Origin: Mycobacteriales bacterium
GTDB lineage: Bacteria > Actinomycetota > Actinomycetes > Mycobacteriales > SCTD01
Direction: 5' to 3'
Length of the DNA stretch: 59,299 bases
NCBI GenBank assembly: GCA_038236005.1
Contig: JBBSTI010000001.1
Coordinates: 1-59,299 of the forward strand
Positions 49,861 through 58,222 of the stretch are shown here, piece by piece; the first letter of the stretch is position 1, and each line of letters opens with the position of its first letter. The notes beneath the pieces are model-generated. The model worked only from the letters and a program-made list of their open reading frames with translations, ran no database searches and had not been told where the DNA came from. The translations under genes and the position numbers were made by a program.

Positions 49861-50105
49861 CCGTTCTGCGCTACTGGGCGGCGGCCCGAGCTGCCGCCGG
49901 CGTCGCGGAGGAGCGTCGGGAGGCACCGACCCTGGACCGGTTGCTCGGCGACGCGGTCGTCGAGCACGGCCCGGCGCTCGCCAGGGTGCTCTCGGTCTGC
50001 TCGGTGATCGTGGACGGCGACCCGGTGGGCGCGCGTGCGCACACCTCGGTGGACGTGTCCGCCGCCGCGCTCGTCGACGTCCTCCCACCGTTCGCCGGCG
50101 GCTGA
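49857..50105 (+). CDS. MoaD/ThiS-family ubiquitin-like sulfur carrier (copy 1)
   Basis: 82 aa, RYWAAARAAAG N-terminal block, C-terminal ..PPFAGG* di-glycine. Confidence 0.8.
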   Translation: MTVLRYWAAARAAAGVAEERREAPTLDRLLGDAVVEHGPALARVLSVCSVIVDGDPVGARAHTSVDVSAAALVDVLPPFAGG

Positions 50106-50121
50106 CCACGAGCTTGTGCGC

Positions 50122-52665
50122 CTAGCGGATCACCCGCAGCGGTCCGCGGAGCGGGTCGACCGCGCGTGGGAGCGGGAAGGCGCCCCGGGCTACGAGGTCG
50201 GCGAAGGCCTCGGCCGGACCGGGCCGGGACACCAGATAGCCCTGGACCACGTCGGCTCCGAGCCGCCGCAGCCCGTCGAGGGCCGTCAGGTCCTCCACCC
50301 CCTCCGCCACCACCATCAGCTCCAGCGCGTGCCCGAGGTCGATCACCGCTTTGACGATCGCGGTGCTGCCGGCCTGGTGCCCGAGCCGGAGCACGAAGCT
50401 CTTGTCCACCTTGACCTCGTGGACAGGCAGCTGCTGGAGATAGGCCAGCGAGCTGTAGCCGGTGCCGAAGTCGTCGACCGACAGCCGCACCCCGAGGCTG
50501 CGCAGCTCCCGCAGGACCGTGATGGCCCGGTCCGGGTCGGCCATGACGCTGCTCTCGGTGATCTCCAGGCACAGCGCCGAGCTGGGCAGCCGGTGATGGA
50601 CGAGCGATGCCCGCACGTCCTCGACCAGGCCTGGTTCCAGCAGCGTGCGAGGGGAGAGGTTGACCGCCATCACCAGGTTGGGCAGCGTCTCCCGCCAGCG
50701 GGCGCACTGAGTGAGGGCCAGGTCCAGCATGCTGCGGGTGAGCAGCACGATCAGCCCGGTGCGCTCGGCGAGCCCGATGAACTCGTCCGGCGGGACCATG
50801 CCCCGCACGGGGTGGTCCCAGCGCACCAGGGCCTCGAAGCCGACCAGCTCGCCGGTCGCAGCGTCGACCTGCGGCTGGAAGTGGCAGAGCAGCTCCTGGC
50901 GGTCGATCGCGGCGTCGAGGTGCGCCAGCAGACTGAGTCGCTGAGGGTCGGTCTGGTCGAGGTCCTCGTCGAACAGCTGCCAGCCGAGCCGGCGGTCCTT
51001 GGCCCGATACATCGCCATGTCCGCGTGCTGCAGCAACAGGTCGGCGTCGCGTCCGTGCTCCGGGCTCAGTGCGAGCCCGAGGGAGGCTCTGACCTGCAGG
51101 TCGAGCCCGTCCACGGCCAGCGGCCGCGCCAGCGCCGCCTGCAGGCTGGTGGCCGCGCTCTCGGCGTCGAAGCCCTCGTCGCGGGTCAGCAGCACGGCGA
51201 ACTCGTCGCCGCCGAGCCGGGCGACCAGGCTCCCCTCCGGGGCGGCCGACACCAGTCGCGCGGCGACCTCGCGCAGCAGCCCGTCACCGCTGGCATGGCC
51301 CAGGGTGTCGTTGATCTCTTTGAACCCGTCGAGGTCGAGCATGAGGACCGCACAGCCCGCGCGCGTCGTGTCCAGGGTCTGCCCGAGCTGCTCGTGGAAG
51401 CAGAACCGGTTCGGCAGGCCGGTCAGGCCGTCGTGCCGGGCGTCGTGCCGCAGCTGGTCGACGAGGCGTCCGTGCCGCAGCGCGGTGCTGATCTGGGCCG
51501 CCGCGAGGTGCAGCAGGTTGACGTCGTCCGGGGTGAACGAGCTGGTCTCGCCGAGCCGGTCGGCGACCGCGAGGACACCGACCACCTCTGAGCCGGCGAA
51601 CATCGGCACGAGCACCGCGTCACGCAGGCCCTTCTGGTCGAGCCACGCCTGGCTCTTGCCGCCCGCCTCGAGCAGCTGCGGCTGACCGGTGGCGAGGACG
51701 ACCTGGACCGGGCCGTCCAGCAGGCCGGGCGCTTCACGCATCGGGCGGTCGCCGCTGAGCAGCAGGCTCGTCAACGGTTCGCCGCCGCGGTCCTTCTCCG
51801 AGCCGCTGGCCAGCGCCCTCGTACGCCGTGCCGTGGTCGGCCCGCTCTCCACCAGGGCGGCCGAACCGGCGTTCAGCATCGACCGGGTCGCGGCCAGGAT
51901 CTCGGCCCGCAGGGTGGTGCTCCCGAGCGCCCCGGACAGCTCCTTCGCGAAGGCGGACATCCCGTCGAGCGTGCGGAACCGCCGGATCAGTCGCGTGTAG
52001 CCGTAGTAGGCCACGACAGCGACCGCCATGAGCACGATCACGAGCGGGAGCGCGTGAGCGTCCGCACGGGCGATGAGCAGGATGCACAGCGCGGCGGAGG
52101 CGTTCAGCAAGGCGCTGACCGCGGTCGTGGCCGTCATGATGCCGACCTCGCGTCGGGCAACCCCACCCTGCAGACGCCACATCGCCAGGACGATGTACAG
52201 GACGCCCAGCACGGTGACGGTGACGACGAGCAGGGTCGCAGCGACCCAGGGGACGTCTAGCCCGCGTCGGTCGGCAAGTCCGAGCCGTTGCCAGAGGACC
52301 ACCAATGCCGACGTCTCGGCGGCGAACAGCGACAGGTTGAAGGCGGCCTTCGGAACGGTGGTCCGCCGATAGGCCGCCACGGCAGCAGCGGCGGCGAGTC
52401 GGGAGAGGAGAAGGGGGACCGGGCCGACCAGGAACAGGCCCAGCACCAGCGGCAGCTCTGACATCGACAGCGAGAGGGTCTGCGCCCGCACCTCGACATG
52501 CACCTGCGCACTCTCGGCCAGTCCGAAGGCCAGCAGCAGCGCCGAGATAGTGAACCAGCGGCCGTCGTACAGCGACGCGCCCGATCCCACCAGCCACCAC
52601 CACAGGCCGGCGGTCCCGAGCAGGGCGCCGAACGTGAAGGGCAGCAGTCGGCGGGCGGCGGTCAC
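50122..52665 (-). CDS. Membrane-bound GAF-GGDEF-EAL protein (diguanylate cyclase/phosphodiesterase)
   Basis: About 7 N-terminal TM segments and a GAF-like region. Intact GGDEF (RLGGDEFAVL) and EAL domain motifs (FEALVRW, DDFGTGYSSL, KVDKSF, EGVE). Confidence 0.9.
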   Translation of the reverse strand: MTAARRLLPFTFGALLGTAGLWWWLVGSGASLYDGRWFTISALLLAFGLAESAQVHVEVRAQTLSLSMSELPLVLGLFLVGPVPLLLSRLAAAAAVAAYRRTTVPKAAFNLSLFAAETSALVVLWQRLGLADRRGLDVPWVAATLLVVTVTVLGVLYIVLAMWRLQGGVARREVGIMTATTAVSALLNASAALCILLIARADAHALPLVIVLMAVAVVAYYGYTRLIRRFRTLDGMSAFAKELSGALGSTTLRAEILAATRSMLNAGSAALVESGPTTARRTRALASGSEKDRGGEPLTSLLLSGDRPMREAPGLLDGPVQVVLATGQPQLLEAGGKSQAWLDQKGLRDAVLVPMFAGSEVVGVLAVADRLGETSSFTPDDVNLLHLAAAQISTALRHGRLVDQLRHDARHDGLTGLPNRFCFHEQLGQTLDTTRAGCAVLMLDLDGFKEINDTLGHASGDGLLREVAARLVSAAPEGSLVARLGGDEFAVLLTRDEGFDAESAATSLQAALARPLAVDGLDLQVRASLGLALSPEHGRDADLLLQHADMAMYRAKDRRLGWQLFDEDLDQTDPQRLSLLAHLDAAIDRQELLCHFQPQVDAATGELVGFEALVRWDHPVRGMVPPDEFIGLAERTGLIVLLTRSMLDLALTQCARWRETLPNLVMAVNLSPRTLLEPGLVEDVRASLVHHRLPSSALCLEITESSVMADPDRAITVLRELRSLGVRLSVDDFGTGYSSLAYLQQLPVHEVKVDKSFVLRLGHQAGSTAIVKAVIDLGHALELMVVAEGVEDLTALDGLRRLGADVVQGYLVSRPGPAEAFADLVARGAFPLPRAVDPLRGPLRVIR

Positions 52666-52693
52666 AGCCGCCCGCCGACCTTCGTGCCGACCG

Positions 52694-52945
52694 CTAGTTC
52701 AGGCTGCCGCCATTGAGCGACCCGCCATTGAGCGACCCGCCGTTGAGGCTGCCGCCGTTCAGGAAGTCGTTCAAAGATCCCCCATTGAGGGAGCCGCCGT
52801 TGAGCGAGCCGCCGGTGCCCTTGTACTTGAAGCCCTCCGGCGAGCCGTGCGAGCCGGTGGCGACGGCCGCCGACAGGGCGAGGGCTGCGCCGAGGACGAC
52901 GACAGCGGTGCGGGTGGTGAGCGAGCGAGCAGCGGTGAGGACCAT
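52694..52945 (-). CDS. Secreted mini-protein of GGSLN pentapeptide repeats
   Basis: Sec-type signal peptide (..AVVVLGAALALSAAVA/TG), then 7 GGSLN units and one DFLN. Ser is encoded by TCG, TCC, TCT and AGC in different units. The stop lies 28 nt before the GGDEF-EAL start. Confidence 0.65.
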   Translation of the reverse strand: MVLTAARSLTTRTAVVVLGAALALSAAVATGSHGSPEGFKYKGTGGSLNGGSLNGGSLNDFLNGGSLNGGSLNGGSLNGGSLN

Positions 52946-53225
52946 GGTCAGGGCTCCGATCGAGAGGGGGTGTGGTCGAGGAAGGCCACGAGCTGAGGAA
53001 GACTGACCGGTATGCGTTCAGCATGTCCGACCTCGCCTTCGCTCACGAACTTTCCTGACAGGTGTTTCGTCTTTCCAGCAACGCCCTCTGAAGCCCGAGT
53101 CCTTACACGATCGGGCAGTTAAGAGTCCCTGATAGGGCCGTTCGGCGCAAGGTGTTGGCGCCTCATGGACGATCCTGGGCTGGAACCGAACCTATCGCCC
53201 GGTCGTACAGGGCGGCCGGAAAGCA

Positions 53226-53259
53226 CTCAGGCCCGGTCCCTCACGGGACCGGGCCTGAG
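53226..53259 (-). terminator. 15-bp perfect stem-loop after the DUF1416 gene
   Basis: CTCAGGCCCGGTCCC-tcac-GGGACCGGGCCTGAG, 12 nt downstream of the stop at 53272. Confidence 0.75.
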
Positions 53260-53271
53260 TCGAGCTCAGGG

Positions 53272-53574
53272 TCAGGCAGGGATGTTCACGGTCGCCTCGA
53301 TGGCCTCGCCCTGCACCGCGGTCACGGAGGTGTCCAGGGGCTGGGCCCCTCGCGCCAGCACCCGCAGGGTCCACTCGCCCTGCGCCGCGTAGAACCGGAA
53401 GTAGCCGGTCGCCGACGTCTGCACCTCGGCGGTGAACTCTCCGGTCGAGCCGAGCAGCCGGACGTAGGCCCCCGGCAGCGGCTGGTCGCCCTGGGTCACG
53501 GTGCCGTGCAGCACCGCCTCGCCGGGCGAGACCGACAGTGCCGGGAGGGTGTCCTGGTCAGGGGCGCCGCACAT
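53272..53574 (-). CDS. DUF1416 protein (SseC-like)
   Basis: 100 aa starting MCGAPDQD.. with a beta-rich YVRLL..TGEFTAEV.TS..G.FRF pattern. The ATG overlaps the rhodanese stop (ATGA). Confidence 0.85.
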   Translation of the reverse strand: MCGAPDQDTLPALSVSPGEAVLHGTVTQGDQPLPGAYVRLLGSTGEFTAEVQTSATGYFRFYAAQGEWTLRVLARGAQPLDTSVTAVQGEAIEATVNIPA

Positions 53575-54407
53575 CAGACGTCCTTCTGGATCGGGACGCC
53601 GACCAGCGAGCCGTACTCGGCCCAGCTGCCGTCGTAGTTCTTCACGTCGGTCTTGCCGAGCAGCTCGTGCAGCACGAACCACGTGTGGCTCGAGCGCTCC
53701 CCGATCCGGCAGTAGGCGATGGTCGGCCGGTCCTCGGCGAGCCCGGCGTCGCCGTACAGGGTGGCCAGCTCGTCGTCGCTCTTGAAGGTCCCGTCGTCCG
53801 CGGCGGCCTTGCTCCACGGGATGTTGATCGCCGACGGGATGTGGCCGGCCCGCTGCGACTGCTCCTGCGGCAGGTGCGCCGGCGCCTTGATCTTGCCGCT
53901 GAACTCGTCCGGGCTCCGGACGTCGACGAGGTTCTTCTGGCCGATCGCCTGCACCACCTCGTCGCGGAAGGCGCGCAGCTGCAGGTTCGGCTCCTTCGCC
54001 TCGTACGACGTGGTGGGTCGCTCGGTCACGTCCGTGGTCAGCTCGCGTCCGTCCAGCTCCCACTTCTTGCGCCCGCCGTCGAGCAGTCGGACGTCGGCGT
54101 GGCCATACAGCTTGAGCTGCCAGTAGGCGTAGGCGGCGAACCAGTTGTTGTTGCCGCCGTAGAGCACGACGGTGTCGTCGTTGGACACGCCGCGCTCGGA
54201 GAGCAGCGCGCCGAACTGGTCCTTGTCGACGAAGTCGCGACGGACCTGGTCCTGGAGGTCGGTGGTCCAGTCGAGCTTGATGGCGCCGGTGATGTGGCCC
54301 TTGTCGTAGGCACTGGTGTCCTCATCGACCTCGATCAGGACGATGCCGTCGGTGTCGAGGTTGTCCTCGACCCACTGGGCGGTGACGAGCGAGTTCTCGC
54401 GGCTCAT
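53574..54407 (-). CDS. Thiosulfate sulfurtransferase (tandem rhodanese, CysA2/SseA type)
   Basis: Paralogue of 4859-5752 with active-site loop [13 protein letters not shown] 54407 follows AAGGAG. Confidence 0.9.
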   Translation of the reverse strand: MSRENSLVTAQWVEDNLDTDGIVLIEVDEDTSAYDKGHITGAIKLDWTTDLQDQVRRDFVDKDQFGALLSERGVSNDDTVVLYGGNNNWFAAYAYWQLKLYGHADVRLLDGGRKKWELDGRELTTDVTERPTTSYEAKEPNLQLRAFRDEVVQAIGQKNLVDVRSPDEFSGKIKAPAHLPQEQSQRAGHIPSAINIPWSKAAADDGTFKSDDELATLYGDAGLAEDRPTIAYCRIGERSSHTWFVLHELLGKTDVKNYDGSWAEYGSLVGVPIQKDV

Positions 54408-54463
54408 GGTGGTGTGCTCCTTGCTGTGGCGGAAATTCGTGGGTGGTGGCGGGTGACGAGCCG

Positions 54464-54952
54464 TCAGGCGGCGGCGCGTCGGACGAGCAGGTAGACCTCG
54501 CATCCCAGGCAGAAGGCGAAGACGGCGTTGAGGAGGGCCGCGACCAGCGCGAACCCGACGGCGACCTGGCCTATGACGGTGGCACCGGCCAGGAGGGCCA
54601 CCAGACCGACCGCGGCGAATGCCAGACCCACCGCCTGGGCGAAGCGCGGCGGCTCCGGGGCCTCCCACTCGGTCGGCGGAGCCAGGCGGGGCCGGACGAA
54701 GGAGCGGAAGAGCCACGCGTGCGGCGTGTGCTGGACGCCGCGGACCGCGCCGAGCGCGAAGAGCGCAGCCTGGACGGCGAGCAGCACGACGTTGACGGGC
54801 GAGGGCAGCAGCAGCACCGCCACCAGCACGACAGCGGTCAGCGCGGCGGCGAACTGCGGTCCACGCGGGTCGATGCCGCCCTGGGGCGGGCTCGCGACAC
54901 CGGCGGTCGGCCGCGGCGTGGTGGCGTGGTGATCGAACTGGGTGGTGGACAT
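54464..54952 (-). CDS. DUF4395 membrane protein
   Basis: IDPRGPQFAAALT.., four TM segments, C-terminal FCLGCE..Y motif. Confidence 0.8.
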   Translation of the reverse strand: MSTTQFDHHATTPRPTAGVASPPQGGIDPRGPQFAAALTAVVLVAVLLLPSPVNVVLLAVQAALFALGAVRGVQHTPHAWLFRSFVRPRLAPPTEWEAPEPPRFAQAVGLAFAAVGLVALLAGATVIGQVAVGFALVAALLNAVFAFCLGCEVYLLVRRAAA

Positions 54953-55031
54953 GTCGCTCCTCGGGGATGGCCGCCCGGCACGTCGCCGGGCGCGCTGGAA
55001 GATGTGCGCAGCGCGTGGATCCCGCCAGTTT

Positions 55032-55052
55032 AGTCCAGTAACCTCATGGACT
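55032..55052. promoter_or_regulatory. AT-rich patch with inverted repeat AGTCCA-N9-TGGACT
   Basis: The only AT-rich stretch (55028-55066) in this locus. It lies between the candidate leader ORF and the DUF4395 start. Confidence 0.4.
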
Positions 55053-55078
55053 TAAGTAAATAGAGTCTGCGGGAGCCG

Positions 55079-55156
55079 TCAGGACATTCGACACAGCGCC
55101 GAGCACACGCGGCAGTGATCCACTGCCCGGCGCTTGGTGAGCATGGTCGAGGACAT
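55079..55156 (-). CDS. Candidate Cys-rich leader peptide (25 aa; 21 aa from the second ATG)
   Basis: MSSTMLTKRRAVDHCRVCSALCRMS*. It lies between the thioredoxin stop and the DUF4395 start. It resembles short actinobacterial putative leader peptides with an RR.VD..R..S..C pattern (recalled, not searched). Confidence 0.4.
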   Translation of the reverse strand: MSSTMLTKRRAVDHCRVCSALCRMS

Positions 55157-55233
55157 GACACCGACAGTAGGCGCTGTCCTTCCGGTGATCGGCAGAAGTC
55201 TCATGATGTGGTCACCGCATCCATATCGTGAGA

Positions 55234-55719
55234 TCAGACCCGCGCCAAGGCGCTCAAGACCTGGTCCCGGGTGGGTGCTCCCGTCGCCCGGGTGATCTCC
55301 ACGCCCCCTGCGTCGAGGACGAGCGTGGTAGGCGTGCGGAGGATGCCGAAGGCGCGCGTGGCGTCGAGGTGGTGCTCGGCGTCGACCTCGACGTGCGCCA
55401 CTCCGTCGACCAGGCCGATGACCTCGTCGAGCACCCGGCGGGTCGCGCGGCACGGCGCGCAGAAGGCGCTGCTGAACTGGAGCAGAGTGGCGCGCTCGCC
55501 GAGCTGATCCCCCACCTCTGCCACGAGCTCCGCGCCGGCGGGCGTCGTGTCCGGCGCCCGGGCCTCGTCGACGTCGGTCGCGGGGGGGCGTACGTCGTGG
55601 GTGCCACTGAAGCGACCATCGGTCGCGGCGCGCCACAGCCCGAAGGCGAGCGCCAGCACGACGGCGGCGACGGCAATCCAGGCTCCGGTGGTCACACCGA
55701 CCCAACGGGGGTCCCGCAA
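55234..55719 (-). CDS. Membrane-anchored thioredoxin-family protein (ThiX/TlpA-like)
   Basis: N-terminal TM, then a thioredoxin fold with FCAPC (CxxC) and RTPT (cis-Pro loop). Probable TTG or GTG start. Confidence 0.85.
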   Translation of the reverse strand: MRDPRWVGVTTGAWIAVAAVVLALAFGLWRAATDGRFSGTHDVRPPATDVDEARAPDTTPAGAELVAEVGDQLGERATLLQFSSAFCAPCRATRRVLDEVIGLVDGVAHVEVDAEHHLDATRAFGILRTPTTLVLDAGGVEITRATGAPTRDQVLSALARV

Positions 55720-55817
55720 GAAATGTTCCGGCGTGTGACGCAGGCGACCTGCCCGGGACGGAGAACGAGGCCCCGGGATGTCTCCCCGGGGCCCCGCCTG
55801 ATGGTGCGGTGGATCCG

Positions 55818-56003
55818 TCAGCGATTGATCTTGACTGTCTTGGTCAGGTCACCAAAGCCGACCTTGCCCTGGCCCTTGAGGCGGAACACGAGCGTGTGCT
55901 TGCCCTTGGCGAGCGTCTTCTTCAGGGTGACGGTGCCGAGACCCTTCTTGAGCTTCGGCTTGTAGCCCACCTTGAACGTCGAGGCGGTGACGGCCTGGCC
56001 CAC
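55818..56003 (-). pseudogene. Possible remnant of an Ig-like/exported-protein domain (61 aa from a GTG)
   Basis: Lys-rich beta-strand pattern KVGYKPKLKKGLGTVTLKKTLAKGKHTLVFRLKG. No signal peptide. It abuts the moaD stop, and the longer ORF 55818-56132 overlaps moaD. Confidence 0.3.
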
Positions 56004-56023
56004 TTCGGGAGCCGGTGGGACGA

Positions 56024-56320
56024 TCAGCCGCCCGCGAACGGGGGCAGCAGCTCGACCACCGACCCGGGGGCGATCATCACCGTGTCCGGGTCCTGCGAGC
56101 GCACCGGGAGGTCGCCCACCAGCACCGAGCACACCGCCACGGTGCGTGCCATCCGGTCGTCGGGATGCCGTTCGAGCACGAGGCCCATGAGGGCCGACAG
56201 CGACACCTCGGCCGCGACATCGAAGGTGTCCTCCGCGGTGCCGGCGGCCGCACGAGCGCCCGCCCAGTAGCGCACGGTGACCGTCTCACTCCGCTGATCA
56301 CGCCCAGCTGTGTCACTCAT
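56024..56320 (-). CDS. MoaD/ThiS-family ubiquitin-like sulfur carrier (copy 2)
   Basis: [12 protein letters not shown] block and C-terminal ..LPPFAGG*. Divergent from glnR copy 2. Confidence 0.8.
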   Translation of the reverse strand: MSDTAGRDQRSETVTVRYWAGARAAAGTAEDTFDVAAEVSLSALMGLVLERHPDDRMARTVAVCSVLVGDLPVRSQDPDTVMIAPGSVVELLPPFAGG

Positions 56321-56365
56321 GCGGGATATCCTTGCTCATCCCCGGCACGGAGGAGGGTCCAGGTC

Positions 56366-57094
56366 ATGAGTGCACTGCTGCTCCTCACGAGCGCGCTGCA
56401 GCCCTCCGCCGAGGTGCTGCCGGGCCTGGCGCTGCTGTCGCACTCGGTCAAGATCCTCCCTGCACAGGGAGCCGCGCTGCTCGACGCCCCCGAGGCCGAC
56501 CTCGTCCTCGTCGACGGCCGCCAGGACCTCGCGGCGGCCCGCGACCTGTGCCGCCTCATCCGCACGACCGGCGCCGATGCGCCCGTCCTGCTCGTCGTCA
56601 CCGAGGGCGGCCTGGCTGTCGTCGCCCACGACTGGGGCATGGACGACGTGGTGCTGCACACCTGCGGGCCTGCGGAGCTCGACGCCCGGATCCGGCTCGC
56701 GATCGGTCGCTCCAGCGCCGCGACGCCCGACGACCCCGCTGCGCACGTGATCCACCGTGGTGAGGTCGTCGTCGACGACGCGACCTACACCGCCCGGATC
56801 GGTGGCCGCCCGCTCGACCTGACCTACAAGGAGTTCGAGCTCCTGAAGTACCTCGCCCAGCACCCGGGTCGGGTCTTCAGCCGCGAGCAGCTGCTCCAGG
56901 AGGTCTGGGGCTACGACTACTTCGGCGGCACCCGCACGGTCGACGTCCACGTCCGCCGGCTGCGCGCCAAGCTCGGCACCGAGCACGAGCACCACATCGG
57001 CACGGTCCGCAACGTCGGCTACCGCTTCGTGGTGCCGACGCGCGAGAAGGACGCCGAGACGGCATCCCCGGCGCACGTGCGCTCCACCTCCTGA
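56366..57094 (+). CDS. glnR: GlnR-family orphan OmpR-type response regulator (copy 2)
   Basis: [87 protein letters not shown] 56366 follows GGAGGAGGG. Confidence 0.9.
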   Translation: MSALLLLTSALQPSAEVLPGLALLSHSVKILPAQGAALLDAPEADLVLVDGRQDLAAARDLCRLIRTTGADAPVLLVVTEGGLAVVAHDWGMDDVVLHTCGPAELDARIRLAIGRSSAATPDDPAAHVIHRGEVVVDDATYTARIGGRPLDLTYKEFELLKYLAQHPGRVFSREQLLQEVWGYDYFGGTRTVDVHVRRLRAKLGTEHEHHIGTVRNVGYRFVVPTREKDAETASPAHVRSTS

Positions 57095-57206
57095 TCACGT
57101 GCGGGGAAGGTCCTCGCGACATGTCCAGGACGATCTTCCCCGCTGAGCTGTCCACAGGAGCTGGCCGGCGCGGGTCGGCGACCTCGCCCAGGGGAAGACG
57201 TACGTC

Positions 57207-58175
57207 ATGCGACTCGACGACGCCTCGGCCGTGGTGGGCCGGCAGGACGGGGTGGTCTCACGCTGGCAGCTGCTCGACGCCCGCCTCACCCAGGCCCACA
57301 TCGGCACGGCCATGCGCAGGCGTGACCTCGTCGTCATCCACCCCGGCGTCTACCTGACCCACACGGGGACACCGACGTGGTCCCAGCGGAGCTGGGCCGC
57401 GATCCTCTACTCCGGTCGCTCGGCGCTGCACCTCGAGTCTGCGCTCCACCGACCCGGCACCGATCCTGACCCGCGAGGTGACATCCACGTCGCCGTCGAC
57501 TGGACCCGGCGCGTGGCGCCACGCGCCGGCATCCGCATCCATCGGGTGCGCGGGCTGGAGTACACGGTGCGGTGGAACCTCTCGCCCCCGCGCGTACGTC
57601 TCGAGGTCGCCGCCGTGGAGGTGGCGCACCGGGCGCCGGACGAGCTCGCCGCGATCTCGACCCTGGCCGCGCTGGTCGGGTCTCGACGCACGGTGGCCGA
57701 CCGTCTTCTCGTGGAGGTCGAGCGGCGCGGGCGACTGCGGCGCCGTACCTTGCTCACCACGCTGGTCGACGACCTGGCCAGCGGCACGCACAGCGTGCTG
57801 GAGCACGGCTACCTCGCCCGGGTGCTGCGCCCCCACGGTCTGCCCGAACCCACCTCGCAGCAGGCGACGGTCAGGGACGGCTCCGGCACCCAGTATCGCG
57901 ACGTCGCGCACGCCGACGTCGACCTGCACGTCGAGCTCGACGGCCAGCTGCACGACCGCACCACGGCGCAGGACGACGACGCGGACCGCGACCTCGACGA
58001 CCTGGCTGCCGGTCTGGTGACGCCTCGCCTGCGCTATCGCCAGGTCTTCGCCACCCCTTGTCGCACTGCGGGCCGGCTGGCGGTCCTGTTCCAAGGCCGC
58101 GGTTGGGGCGGCACGCCCCGTTCGTGCGAGCTGGCCGAGTGCGCAGTGGGGAAACCCGTCGTGACATGTCAGTGA
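57207..58175 (+). CDS. AbiEi-like N-terminal wHTH plus DUF559/Vsr-like endonuclease-fold protein
   Basis: N-terminus GVVSRWQLLDARLTQAHIGTAMRRRDLVVIHPGVY, C-terminus ..VELDG..H......DDADRD..L...G..TPRLRY. Confidence 0.6.
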   Translation: MRLDDASAVVGRQDGVVSRWQLLDARLTQAHIGTAMRRRDLVVIHPGVYLTHTGTPTWSQRSWAAILYSGRSALHLESALHRPGTDPDPRGDIHVAVDWTRRVAPRAGIRIHRVRGLEYTVRWNLSPPRVRLEVAAVEVAHRAPDELAAISTLAALVGSRRTVADRLLVEVERRGRLRRRTLLTTLVDDLASGTHSVLEHGYLARVLRPHGLPEPTSQQATVRDGSGTQYRDVAHADVDLHVELDGQLHDRTTAQDDDADRDLDDLAAGLVTPRLRYRQVFATPCRTAGRLAVLFQGRGWGGTPRSCELAECAVGKPVVTCQ

Positions 58176-58222
58176 CGACCTTCCCCACTCGTCGAGCACC
58201 GGCGGAGGGTTAGGGTCGGCTC

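Noticed and set aside
52946-53225. c-di-GMP (GEMM-I) or ydaO-type riboswitch in the GGSLN leader
   Set aside because: A short stretch (tcaggaaagttcgtgagcg) loosely resembles the ydaO 3' end. No complementary 5' partner or other conserved cores were found by eye.
55079-55705. 208-aa ORF overlapping the thioredoxin gene
   Set aside because: It is an Arg-rich alternative frame of the thioredoxin-family CDS. Only its last 25 codons, downstream of the thioredoxin stop, are considered as a possible leader peptide.
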